A stretch of 64,000 bases of DNA from assembly GCA_015064355.1 (NCBI GenBank), contig SVSJ01000007.1, forward strand, positions 7,435-71,434, in the 5' to 3' direction. Numbering within the stretch: the stretch's first letter is position 1; every line of letters starts with the position of its first letter. Below the pieces are notes generated by a model. That model was not told where the DNA came from, ran no database searches, and was given only the letters and a program-made list of their open reading frames with translations. Positions 53,788 to 62,710 of this stretch are shown piece after piece. The position numbers were made by a program, and so were the translations under genes. Source of the DNA: Oscillospiraceae bacterium. Its GTDB lineage: Bacteria; Bacillota; Clostridia; Oscillospirales; CAG-272.

Positions 53788-53990
53788 GTCTCCTTAAATT
53801 TGTCTTAGTTACTACCATTGTAACATATTTTCAGGGAAAATGAAATAGTTTTTTGAAATCTTCTGCATCTTCCCTGCTCCTCTTCACATATACAAATTTT
53901 TATGGTAAAATTATTTCAGAGTGTAATATTTTTGGAAAAAAGCAGTCTTATACTGTTGAAAGGCCTTTACAATTAATTTGAGGTGAATAT

Positions 53991-55166
53991 ATGAAATCAA
54001 CTTTATTATTTGAAGCCATTGGCGGTGCTAAAGAAAAGTATCTTTCGGCAAGTGAAAAAGTGCGCAAGCCCTTTTCACGATATGCCGGTTGGGTAGCTTG
54101 CGCAGCTTGTTTTTCCATTGCGGTGATATGTCTTACTCTATTCCGCCCTCAGTCTCCCGGAGAGATCATTGACCCCACGCCAACAATAAGCGAAAGCCTG
54201 CAAAAGATAAATCTTCCCTCAGAGTTCAACGTTAACGGCATGGGATACGAGGGATACTCCGCATATGACATTAGCGAGATCACAGGCAGCTCACCATTGG
54301 CTCCCGAGAATGTCCCCGAAACTATGCCCGCGTTCAAAAACAAGTCATACAATCCCTATATGACTGCCTACGGGCTTACCGAGCGTGAGTTGCTTGCAGT
54401 TGTTTACGATGTACTGGATTTCTTCGATATTAAAATATACGATAACGACTTCACGGGAATCAAAAAGCATCTGTTTACTGATTCAAACGGCGACCCCAGA
54501 GGCTTCCTTATTCCCGACGATACTGTAACGAGAATTGAGCTCACTGTGAAGTTTGGCAAAATTGAAGTTACAGCAAATGGTACTGTCACCATTTGGTTTG
54601 ACAAGGCGCCAATCATCCCGGAAGAATATGATATAAACGTTAATCCCGAGGAGACCCTTTTGTACTGTGCTGAAATGTTCGCAGGCCTTCTCAGATATGA
54701 AAAGCCCGTCGTTCTGGGCGACAAAACAGTATATGACGGTGCAGGAGACCCCACCGAGCAGCTTATTAACAAAACTTATGAATACGCAAATTTCTATTTC
54801 GACTCGGATGGCAACTTGTCCACAGTTCGTATTTTTAACGATCTTTTGGTTGCAGAAAAGCTTGGCGACTATCCTACCATCACACGCGAAGAAGCGCAGG
54901 CTCTGCTCCTTGAGGGAATCTACTATTCCAACTATATTGAAACAGAGTTCCCCGGCGAAGAATATATCGCTCACGTTACCGTCGCATATCGCGGCTCCAA
55001 TCTTGATAAAACCTGGCTGCCTTATTACAAGTTCTATGTTGAATTACCGGATAAGGTAAGAGACGACGGAAAAAAGACCTATGCAACCTACTACGTACCC
55101 GCTATTGATCAGGAATATCTCGAGAGCTATCCCACGGCCGACATTAAGTTTGAAGAATTATCCTAA
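53991..55166 (+). CDS. Single-pass membrane protein, putative anti-sigma / sensor partner of the downstream sigma factor
   Basis: Short N-terminus, one TM helix (WVACAACFSIAVICLTLF) and a large C-terminal domain with no recognised motifs. It lies 11 nt upstream of an ECF-type sigma gene. Confidence 0.4.
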   Translation: MKSTLLFEAIGGAKEKYLSASEKVRKPFSRYAGWVACAACFSIAVICLTLFRPQSPGEIIDPTPTISESLQKINLPSEFNVNGMGYEGYSAYDISEITGSSPLAPENVPETMPAFKNKSYNPYMTAYGLTERELLAVVYDVLDFFDIKIYDNDFTGIKKHLFTDSNGDPRGFLIPDDTVTRIELTVKFGKIEVTANGTVTIWFDKAPIIPEEYDINVNPEETLLYCAEMFAGLLRYEKPVVLGDKTVYDGAGDPTEQLINKTYEYANFYFDSDGNLSTVRIFNDLLVAEKLGDYPTITREEAQALLLEGIYYSNYIETEFPGEEYIAHVTVAYRGSNLDKTWLPYYKFYVELPDKVRDDGKKTYATYYVPAIDQEYLESYPTADIKFEELS

Positions 55167-55177
55167 AGGAGAGCATT

Positions 55178-55738
55178 ATGAAGGATGACGCAATCATTGA
55201 TCTTTACTTTCAGCGTGATGAGAATGCAATACTCGAATCAGACATAAAGTATGGCGGGTATTGTCGTGCTATTGCCGGGAACATACTCCGGAGCCGTGAG
55301 GATACAGAAGAATGTATTAATGACACTTGGTTTAAGGCGTGGAATGCTATGCCACCCACCCGTCCAGACGTACTAAAGCTGTTCTTTGCAAAAATTACGC
55401 GAAATCTATCCTTTGACAAATACAAAAAGATGAACGCGCAAAAACGAGGCAGGGGCGAAATTGATATTGCCCTGTCGGAGCTTGAGGAATGTATTGCCGC
55501 TCATTCGAATGTTGAGAATGAGGTTAATGCGAAAGAGCTTGAAAATTCAATAAACAGATTTCTTGATATTCTGCCGGAAAGAGAGAGGAACATTTTTCTC
55601 AGGCGATATTTCTACGTAGAGAAATCCGGCGCGATCGCCCAGCGATATAATCTCGCACCAAGCCATGTGTCGGTGATCCTCGCAAGAACTCGCGAAAAAC
55701 TGAAAAAGCACTTAACTGACGAGGGGTATTTTGAGTAA
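55178..55738 (+). CDS. ECF-like sigma-70 family sigma factor
   Basis: Region 2 (EECINDTWFKAWNAMP...LFFAKITRNLSFDKYKK) and region 4 (ERERNIFLRRYFYVEKSGAIAQRYNLAPSHVSVILARTREKLK). Confidence 0.8.
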   Translation: MKDDAIIDLYFQRDENAILESDIKYGGYCRAIAGNILRSREDTEECINDTWFKAWNAMPPTRPDVLKLFFAKITRNLSFDKYKKMNAQKRGRGEIDIALSELEECIAAHSNVENEVNAKELENSINRFLDILPERERNIFLRRYFYVEKSGAIAQRYNLAPSHVSVILARTREKLKKHLTDEGYFE

Positions 55739-55756
55739 TCGTCATCTTACATAAAC

Positions 55757-55796
55757 AAAAAAGAGCAAGGTTTTTAGCCCTGCTCTTTCTTTTTTG
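55757..55796. terminator. Bidirectional terminator
   Basis: Stem AAGAGCAAGG/CCCTGCTCTT (one mismatch) flanked by an A-run and a T-run. Confidence 0.65.
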
Positions 55797-55797
55797 A

Positions 55798-56334
55798 TTA
55801 ATAGTTTTCTGCGTGAACTTCGAAGTATGCCTTGGGGTGATTGCAAGTGGGGCAAATTTCGGGAGCCTTTGTGCCAACCATAATGTGACCGCAGTTACGG
55901 CATTCCCAAACCTTAACCTCGCTCTTTTCAAATACCTGTGCGGTTTCAACGTTCTTGAGAAGTGCGCGGTAGCGTTCCTCGTGGTGCTTTTCAACAGCAG
56001 CTACAAGGCGGAACTTTGCAGCCAGTTCTGTGAATCCTTCTTCTTCAGCGTCACGAGCAAAGCCTTCGTACATATCGGTCCACTCGTAGTTTTCGCCGTC
56101 AGCAGCAGCGCCAAGGTTCTGTGCTGTGTCGCCAATGCCGTTCAGTTCCTTGAACCACAGCTTTGCGTGTTCCTTTTCGTTTTCAGCAGTCTTAAGGAAC
56201 AGAGCGGAAATCTGCTCGTATCCTTCCTTCTTTGCAACGGACGCAAAATAGGTGTACTTGTTTCTCGCTTCGGATTCACCGGAGAATGCTGCCATAAGGT
56301 TCTTTTCTGTTTTTGTGCCGGAATACTTACTCAT
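55798..56334 (-). CDS. rbr: Rubrerythrin
   Basis: Diiron ferritin-like EXXH motifs ([19 protein letters not shown]) and a C-terminal rubredoxin CRNCGH...CPTCNHP. Confidence 0.9.
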   Translation of the reverse strand: MSKYSGTKTEKNLMAAFSGESEARNKYTYFASVAKKEGYEQISALFLKTAENEKEHAKLWFKELNGIGDTAQNLGAAADGENYEWTDMYEGFARDAEEEGFTELAAKFRLVAAVEKHHEERYRALLKNVETAQVFEKSEVKVWECRNCGHIMVGTKAPEICPTCNHPKAYFEVHAENY

Positions 56335-56358
56335 AAGTGTATCTCCTTTATTAAAAAA

Positions 56359-57012
56359 TTATTTTTCACTTTTCATTAGTATTTTCTGAATAGTGCTTTC
56401 AAGTTGTGATTGGGTAAGAGCGCCAACGTGTCCGGTGTAGAGACTACCGTCAGCATTGATGATCAAGGTTGAGGGGAAGGCGTACACGCCGTAGGTGTAA
56501 ACTCCGTCAAGCTCTGTATCGCAGTACACGGGGAATGTGTATCCGTTGTCAGCCACAAACTCCTTGACCTTTTCTACTGTGTCGCGGTCGCCGTCAGTTG
56601 CATTGACCATAACAAATGCCACCTGATCTCCATATTTTTCGTACATATTCTGGAAGTAGGGCATCTCGTTTTTGCACGGTCCGCACCAGGTTGCCCAGAA
56701 GTTAACAATAATAGGCTTCCCTGCAAACTCCGAAAGTTTTACCGGGTTTCCGGAGAGGTCATACATTGTAAAATCAGGGATCTGAAGCTCTGCCGGCTGA
56801 GTTGTTTCCGGTGGTTCGGTAACGCCGGGGACGTCGGTGGCCGCATCTGTTTCGACGGGTGCCTCGGTTTCTGGAGCTTCGGTTTCAAAAGTTGTGTCAA
56901 GTGCTTCGCCAAATGGGTCGAAATCCTCTGACAAGTTGTTATACAGGATCACAGCACCCACGGTCAGTATCACAAGCACAACTAAAACTATAATTAGCTT
57001 TAAATTTTTCAC
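56359..57012 (-). CDS. TlpA/ResA-like membrane-anchored thiol-disulfide oxidoreductase
   Basis: N-terminal anchor, a Glu/Thr/Pro-rich linker (ETEAPETEAPVETD) and a thioredoxin fold with WATWCGPC. Confidence 0.85.
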   Translation of the reverse strand: MKNLKLIIVLVVLVILTVGAVILYNNLSEDFDPFGEALDTTFETEAPETEAPVETDAATDVPGVTEPPETTQPAELQIPDFTMYDLSGNPVKLSEFAGKPIIVNFWATWCGPCKNEMPYFQNMYEKYGDQVAFVMVNATDGDRDTVEKVKEFVADNGYTFPVYCDTELDGVYTYGVYAFPSTLIINADGSLYTGHVGALTQSQLESTIQKILMKSEK

Positions 57013-57021
57013 GTTTTATCC

Positions 57022-57675
57022 TCACTCAAAGAGAGCTATAAATTTATGCATAAGTCCAAATGCCATCATAAGACCAACAACTATAAGGAATATGCCGCAT
57101 ACAATATTGATTACTCTGTGGTGTTTTTTCACTACAGCAAAGGCTTTTTGAAGCTGATCTATGAGAAGCGCCGACAAAATGAAGGGTATTCCAAGTCCTA
57201 AGGAATACACGAGGAGAAGAAGCATTCCTTCAAGTGATTTTCCCGCGGATGTAGCCTGTGACAATGCCGCACCAAGAAAAGCTCCAACGCAGGGGGTGTG
57301 ACTGATCGAGTATACAACGCCGAAAAGGAATGCGGAAAATACACCTTTAACCTTAACACCGCTGTTTATTCCTTTGAGGAATGGGAGATGGATGACTTCC
57401 ATATAAGAGAGACCGAAAATTATTACTATCACGCCGCAGATAATGTTCAGCACGGTTTCATATCTTACAAGTAACGAACCGAGGGTGCCTGCAAAAAGTC
57501 CAAGCAGAGTAAATACCGTTGTAAAGCCTAAAACAAAGCTTATAGCACGGACAAAGGTCTTGTACTTTTTATCGGCTCCTGCCGCGAAATATGATATGTA
57601 TATTGGTAGCATCGGTAACATGCAGGGGGATATAAACGAGATAAATCCCTCGAGGAACGTAAGAAAATACTGCAT
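57022..57675 (-). CDS. ccdA: Cytochrome c biogenesis protein CcdA (DsbD-family thiol-disulfide transporter)
   Basis: FLEGFISFISPCMLPMLP and a second Cys in SHTPCVGAF. Six TM helices. Confidence 0.85.
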   Translation of the reverse strand: MQYFLTFLEGFISFISPCMLPMLPIYISYFAAGADKKYKTFVRAISFVLGFTTVFTLLGLFAGTLGSLLVRYETVLNIICGVIVIIFGLSYMEVIHLPFLKGINSGVKVKGVFSAFLFGVVYSISHTPCVGAFLGAALSQATSAGKSLEGMLLLLVYSLGLGIPFILSALLIDQLQKAFAVVKKHHRVINIVCGIFLIVVGLMMAFGLMHKFIALFE

Positions 57676-57764
57676 TTTTGCCTCCAGTTATATCTTTTAG
57701 TTTGTCTTATTATCTTTTTTATTATACCATAAATAAATGAAAATGGTATGTATTTTTGTTGAAT

Positions 57765-60173
57765 TTATTTCGCCAGTTCACCGTATATCTGCTCAGCATA
57801 TCTGACGGTTTCCATGGCATCGCGGGCATATTTGTCAGCCCCTATCATATCAGCGTACTCTTTTGTGAGTACAGCGCCTCCGACAACGATCTTACACCAG
57901 GGAGCGTGTCGGCGAAGTTCTGCTATTGTCTCCTCCATTGCTGGAACGGTGGTTGTCATAAGAGCAGACAAGCCCACTAAAGGTGCGCAAAGCCTTACAA
58001 CTTCTTCCACCACAGCCTCTGGTGACACGTCACGGCCAAGGTCAACTACTCGGAATCCGTAATTTTCGAGAATCAGCTTGACAATATTCTTGCCGATGTC
58101 GTGAATGTCGCCCTTAACTGTCGCTATAACGAAGTAGCATTTGTCAGCGGATGCTCCGCTCATATTGGCTTTTATCTGTTCAAATGCCGATTTTGCCGCT
58201 TCTGCGCTCATTAAAAGCTGCGGCAAGTAGACGGTTTTGTTTTCAAATCCAACACCAACCAGATTAAGCGCCGGAATAATCTCCTCCTGCACTATAGTAA
58301 GGGGGTCAAGAGTCTTGATAAGCTCTTTGCAGATTTGCGCCGCCTGATCTCCAAGACCTTTTACGATAGCTTTCTGCAGCTCGGATTTGTACTGCTCCTC
58401 TGTTGCACCGCTGTTTCCGCCCGGAATAATACCGGCAGCTGCAGCAGGCATATTTTGCACAAACTCAATGTATTCTGCGCAGTTTGCGTCAAGCCCCAGA
58501 AGTGCAGAGTAGGAGTAATATGCCTTCATCATTTCAATGGAATAGGGGTTCATGATCGCCGCGGAAAGCCCGTTTTCCATTGCAAGCAGAAAGAACGCGC
58601 CGTTGAGCACATCTCTTTGCGGTAGACCAAAGGAAACATTTGACACGCCAAGGCTGGTATGGCATCCGAGCTCTTCCTTTATTGTTCGCACAGCGCGGAG
58701 GGTCTCACGAGCTGCATTACCGTCAGCACTGACTGTAAGTGTAAGGGGGTCGAAGATTATATCCTTCTTGCTGATTCCGTATTTCTCAGCTTCAGCAAGT
58801 ATCTTTTTAGCAATTGCTACTCTTCCCTCTGCTGTTTCAGGGATACCGCTCTCGTCAAGGGTCAGCGCAACGATCACACCGCCGTACTTCTTCGCAAGGG
58901 GGAATATTTCATCCATACTCTCTTTTTTGCCGTTTACAGAGTTGATCATCGCCTTGCCGTTGTATCGGCGAAGTGCCTTTTCCATTGCGACGGTGCTCGA
59001 CGTGTCGATCTGCAGGGGCAGGTCAATTATTGCTTGAAGACCGTAAACAGCTTCCGTCAGCATCTTTATTTCATCTATCTCGGGAAGGCCCACATTAACA
59101 TCAAGGATCTCTACACCGCAGTCCTGCTGGTTGATTCCCTCGCGGAGAATATAGTCCATGTCTCCAGCACGAAGAGCCTCTTTGAAGCGTTTTTTACCAG
59201 TCGGATTGATACGCTCACCTATAAGAACAGGCTTTTTGCCAAATTCTACAGCGTGGGTATATGACGAGATCATTGTAGTATTCTTCTCTGTAGTCGTAGC
59301 CGGGATAATACCGCGGGATTTCTCGGCCAATGCTTTGATATATTCGGGAGTTGTACCACAACAGCCACCTGCAATTCTGACACCACGCTCGAGAAGTGCG
59401 GAAATGTCCTCCGCAAACTCATCCGGCAGTACGTCATACACAGTTTTTCCACCAACAGACTTCGGCAGTCCTGCGTTAGGTTTCAGTAGCACAGGCACCG
59501 ATGCATATTCAAGGTACTCTTCGACTACTTTAGTCAGAGCCTTTGGTCCAAAGGAGCAGTTAGCACCAATAGCATCCGCGCCCATTCCCTCAAGAAGGGC
59601 CACCATAGCAGCAGGCGTTGCGCCTGTCATAAGCTTTCCGTCCTCGCTGTATGCGTTGGAGACGAAAACGGGCAGGTCGCAATTCTCCTTTGCAGCCAAA
59701 AGAGCCGCCTTTGTTTCGTAGCTGTCGTTCATTGTTTCGATGTAGATAAGATCCGCACCGTACTTTACACCCAATTTTACTGTTTCGGCAAAAAGTGCAA
59801 CTGCATCCTCGAAATCCAGGTCCCCATAGGGCTTCAGCATACGTCCGCTGGGGCCAATATCAAGGGCAATCCATTTTTCCTGTGTGCCACAGCTTTCCTC
59901 TGCGGCACGACGGGCGTTTGTCATAGCAGAGCTGATGATCTCTTCGAGTTCTTCCGAGGAAAATTTCAGCAGATTTGCCCCAAAGGTGTTTGAGCAAACA
60001 ATATTACTTCCTGCATCATAATAGGCGCGGTGGATCCCAACGATCACATCCGGGTGAATGATATTCCACCTCTCCGGATATTCGCCGGGAAGAAGGCCTC
60101 TCTCCTGTAAAAGAGTCCCCATTCCGCCGTCCAAATACAGTATGTTATTTTTCAAGTATTCGGTAATTCTCAT
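57765..60173 (-). CDS. metH: Cobalamin-dependent methionine synthase (Hcy-, pterin- and B12-binding modules) lacking the reactivation domain
   Basis: Homocysteine S-methyltransferase N-terminus (LDGGMGT, GGCCGTTP), a pterin-binding domain, and a B12-binding motif GDIHDIGKNIV...GLSALMTTT. Confidence 0.9.
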   Translation of the reverse strand: MRITEYLKNNILYLDGGMGTLLQERGLLPGEYPERWNIIHPDVIVGIHRAYYDAGSNIVCSNTFGANLLKFSSEELEEIISSAMTNARRAAEESCGTQEKWIALDIGPSGRMLKPYGDLDFEDAVALFAETVKLGVKYGADLIYIETMNDSYETKAALLAAKENCDLPVFVSNAYSEDGKLMTGATPAAMVALLEGMGADAIGANCSFGPKALTKVVEEYLEYASVPVLLKPNAGLPKSVGGKTVYDVLPDEFAEDISALLERGVRIAGGCCGTTPEYIKALAEKSRGIIPATTTEKNTTMISSYTHAVEFGKKPVLIGERINPTGKKRFKEALRAGDMDYILREGINQQDCGVEILDVNVGLPEIDEIKMLTEAVYGLQAIIDLPLQIDTSSTVAMEKALRRYNGKAMINSVNGKKESMDEIFPLAKKYGGVIVALTLDESGIPETAEGRVAIAKKILAEAEKYGISKKDIIFDPLTLTVSADGNAARETLRAVRTIKEELGCHTSLGVSNVSFGLPQRDVLNGAFFLLAMENGLSAAIMNPYSIEMMKAYYSYSALLGLDANCAEYIEFVQNMPAAAAGIIPGGNSGATEEQYKSELQKAIVKGLGDQAAQICKELIKTLDPLTIVQEEIIPALNLVGVGFENKTVYLPQLLMSAEAAKSAFEQIKANMSGASADKCYFVIATVKGDIHDIGKNIVKLILENYGFRVVDLGRDVSPEAVVEEVVRLCAPLVGLSALMTTTVPAMEETIAELRRHAPWCKIVVGGAVLTKEYADMIGADKYARDAMETVRYAEQIYGELAK

Positions 60174-60844
60174 TTGTTTCTCCTAAGCAGGCAGTCTGTT
60201 TTGCCGCAAAGCTCACAGGTGTCTACTTCTGTTTCGTCGGGCGCACCGTTTTTGATTCCAATGATCGCCGTTACAGATTTGCTTGGTGACATAAGCATAC
60301 TTTCGTTTAAAGTCAGCCCGATCTGTCTGGAGCAATCGAGCACACGGAAAATGTCCTCTTGTACCTCGATTCTCAAGTCGCCGTATCCCGGGCTGAATCG
60401 CCTGGTTATGCTTCGTCCGCATTTCACAAGCTCATTTTGCAAAAAACAGCAAAACTCGTCGCACAGGCTTTCAATTCGTTCAGCACCTATTGCCTGAAGC
60501 ATCAGCGCTTTTGAGGGAGATGCGGTGCCGTATTTTGCTATAAGTCTGTCGAGTCCAATTCCCACAGTGGCGGCAAACAATACTGCCCGATCACAGCAAT
60601 CAAGGCACACCGCAAGAGCGGCAGACTCAAACTTTGCAAAGCCAAAGTCCATAGCATCGCCGTCGCGGGTCAAATCAAAGTAGCTCCAGCATACTCTGTA
60701 CGTCAGCTCACCTTCAGCTTCAGCCATTACGTCCCTCAAAAGGTCTGTCATTTCGTCTGTTTTTTCTCGAACACCGGCATATCGCAGGATCTCGTCCTCG
60801 TCAATTGGCGGTGCGGTATATGTTTTTGTGTATATCATATTCAA
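60170..60844 (-). CDS. Stand-alone methionine synthase activation (AdoMet-binding) domain-like protein
   Basis: 224-aa ORF translationally coupled on both sides (4-nt overlaps) between metF and metH. It contains RFSPGYGD, which fits the MetH activation-domain family as I recall it. Confidence 0.65.
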   Translation of the reverse strand: MNMIYTKTYTAPPIDEDEILRYAGVREKTDEMTDLLRDVMAEAEGELTYRVCWSYFDLTRDGDAMDFGFAKFESAALAVCLDCCDRAVLFAATVGIGLDRLIAKYGTASPSKALMLQAIGAERIESLCDEFCCFLQNELVKCGRSITRRFSPGYGDLRIEVQEDIFRVLDCSRQIGLTLNESMLMSPSKSVTAIIGIKNGAPDETEVDTCELCGKTDCLLRRNK

Positions 60845-61716
60845 CCGATAATATCGGACAAATTCTCTTGGATCTTTGCCGCAACGTCAGGCTTGTTCAT
60901 TGAGTAAACGTGTACATTGGTGATCCCGTTGGCATAAAGGTCGATGATCTGGTCTGTTGCGTAAGCAATTCCCGCCTGCTTCATCGCCGCAGGAGATGTG
61001 CCGAACTTGTCAACAAGGCTCTTGAATCGCTGTGGCATAAATGAACCTGACAGCTTGATGGCACGCTCAACCTGATTTCCGTTTGTTATAGGCATAATAC
61101 CGGGGATAATGGGCACGGTGATACCTGCCTCGCGGATCTTATAAAGGAAGTTGTAAAGCAAGTTGTTATCAAAAAACATTTGCGTTGTGAGGAATGAGCA
61201 ACCTGCGTCAACCTTTTCCTTGAGATACTTTATGTCTTCACGCTGATTTGCGCTTTCGGGGTGGATCTCGGGATAACACGCTCCGCCAATGCAGAAATCC
61301 GCGCCGCTTTCCTTGATGTCGCGGATAAGGTCAACCGCGTGCTTATAGTACCACCCGCTTCTGTCGCTTGCTTCAAGCTCAGGAGTGAGATCGCCGCGCA
61401 ACGCCATTACATTTTCGATGCCGGCTGCTTTCATGTCACCTATGCGCTCTAACACAGTTTCTCTTGTTGAAGACACACAGGTGAGGTGAGCAAGTGTCGG
61501 AACACCATACTGCTCCTTAATATTTCTGGCGATATCAAGAGTGTATTTGCTCGTGCCGCCCCCTGCTCCGTAAGTAACGCTCATAAACGAAGGGCGCAGC
61601 TTGGCAATTTCCTCCGTGGCAGTTTTTACGCTGTCGAAGGCCGTGTCAGTCTTTGGCGGAAACACTTCGAAGGAAATTGATAGTTTATTTTGATTAAATA
61701 TTTCCGAAAGCTTCAT
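60841..61716 (-). CDS. metF: 5,10-methylenetetrahydrofolate reductase
   Basis: SFEVFPPKT, SVTYGAGG, HLTC and LRGD motifs. Confidence 0.9.
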   Translation of the reverse strand: MKLSEIFNQNKLSISFEVFPPKTDTAFDSVKTATEEIAKLRPSFMSVTYGAGGGTSKYTLDIARNIKEQYGVPTLAHLTCVSSTRETVLERIGDMKAAGIENVMALRGDLTPELEASDRSGWYYKHAVDLIRDIKESGADFCIGGACYPEIHPESANQREDIKYLKEKVDAGCSFLTTQMFFDNNLLYNFLYKIREAGITVPIIPGIMPITNGNQVERAIKLSGSFMPQRFKSLVDKFGTSPAAMKQAGIAYATDQIIDLYANGITNVHVYSMNKPDVAAKIQENLSDIIG

Positions 61717-61758
61717 AGGAAATTCCTCAATTGGTTGAATGAAAATTTATTCAAATTA

Positions 61759-61787
61759 ATTATACTCCAATACCGTAGACAAATCAA
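61759..61787 (-). promoter_or_regulatory. Sigma-A promoter of the metF-metH operon
   Basis: Minus strand reads TTGATT (61787-61782), 17 nt, TATAAT (61764-61759). The leader is only about 40 nt. Confidence 0.55.
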
Positions 61788-61794
61788 GAGTTTT

Positions 61795-61837
61795 AAAAAA
61801 ATAAGAAAAAGAGCGGCTCGGGAGTTCCCAAACCGCT
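61795..61837 (-). terminator. Rho-independent terminator after the cvpA-like gene
   Basis: Minus strand AGCGGTTTGGG-AACT-CCCGAGCCGCT (with G-U pairs) followed by CTTTTTCTTATTTTTT. Confidence 0.65.
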
Positions 61838-61843
61838 GTTGAG

Positions 61844-62569
61844 TTATTTTGCTGTGAACCCCTCGATCAAGCTCTGAAGCGATAAATTATGGAAGAAATT
61901 GTAGATCTGTGATGATTCCGTAAGCTCCACTAATACTGAATTGTACTCGCCGAGAATGCTGTACTGTGTCACAAGACCCACGGCAAGGCAGATGATCCAC
62001 GTCCATACGGCTGCGCTGAAAAGGCCAACAAGGAAACCAAAGAAACGGCCAACGCCTTTGAATGCAGGATCCTTCAAAAGCAGCATTACAAGTGCCTTAA
62101 ACAAGAGCATCAGCAAGAGAGCTGCCACAAATACGATAACGCAACCTGCGGCAATAGCCAAACCATTGGCAATTGGAGTGGATATCTTATCAACAAATTC
62201 CGCGATAGCCTCTTCACTTATGATTTCAGATTTCTCAATGGAGCCTAAAATAGCTTCGATGCTGGTACCTGCCTTTTCGAGAAGTGATGTGAGAGATTCT
62301 GGCAATTTATCAACGAGGTCGCCGACTGTAAGACTTCCAACAGTCTCTCCAACAATGCTGTCAACAACATTTCCAACGAAATCTGACACTTTTTCGTAGA
62401 TCACCTCTGTGGCAAAAAGCTGTCCGACAACAGGGCCGAAAACTATAGCCGCGCCAAACGACACAATAGTAACCAGCAGATTTAATACCGTTTTAAAGCC
62501 CTTGAAGGTGTTAACAATAATTATTAATAGAATTATGGCTGCTAAAATAGCATCAAGCAACAAATTCAT
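61844..62569 (-). CDS. cvpA: CvpA-family membrane protein
   Basis: MNLLLDAILAAIILLIIIVNTFKGF is a typical CvpA N-terminus; four TM helices. ATG at 62569 with GGAG 5 nt upstream. Confidence 0.65.
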   Translation of the reverse strand: MNLLLDAILAAIILLIIIVNTFKGFKTVLNLLVTIVSFGAAIVFGPVVGQLFATEVIYEKVSDFVGNVVDSIVGETVGSLTVGDLVDKLPESLTSLLEKAGTSIEAILGSIEKSEIISEEAIAEFVDKISTPIANGLAIAAGCVIVFVAALLLMLLFKALVMLLLKDPAFKGVGRFFGFLVGLFSAAVWTWIICLAVGLVTQYSILGEYNSVLVELTESSQIYNFFHNLSLQSLIEGFTAK

Positions 62570-62710
62570 AATATCTCCTGTGGAAGTCCGCAGTTCTGCA
62601 GAACATATTAATGCTGAATTATTATACCATTTCTTCAGTTCATTGTCAATAAGGGGTATGGTTGGTGAAAAAAGCAAACTCCCCGATTGCTCGAGGAGTT
62701 GAATACACTA

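Noticed and set aside
61717-61843. A SAM riboswitch or T-box upstream of the metF-metH operon.
   Set aside because: The leader is only ~40 nt between the -10 and the ATG. No S-box or T-box conserved segments are visible.
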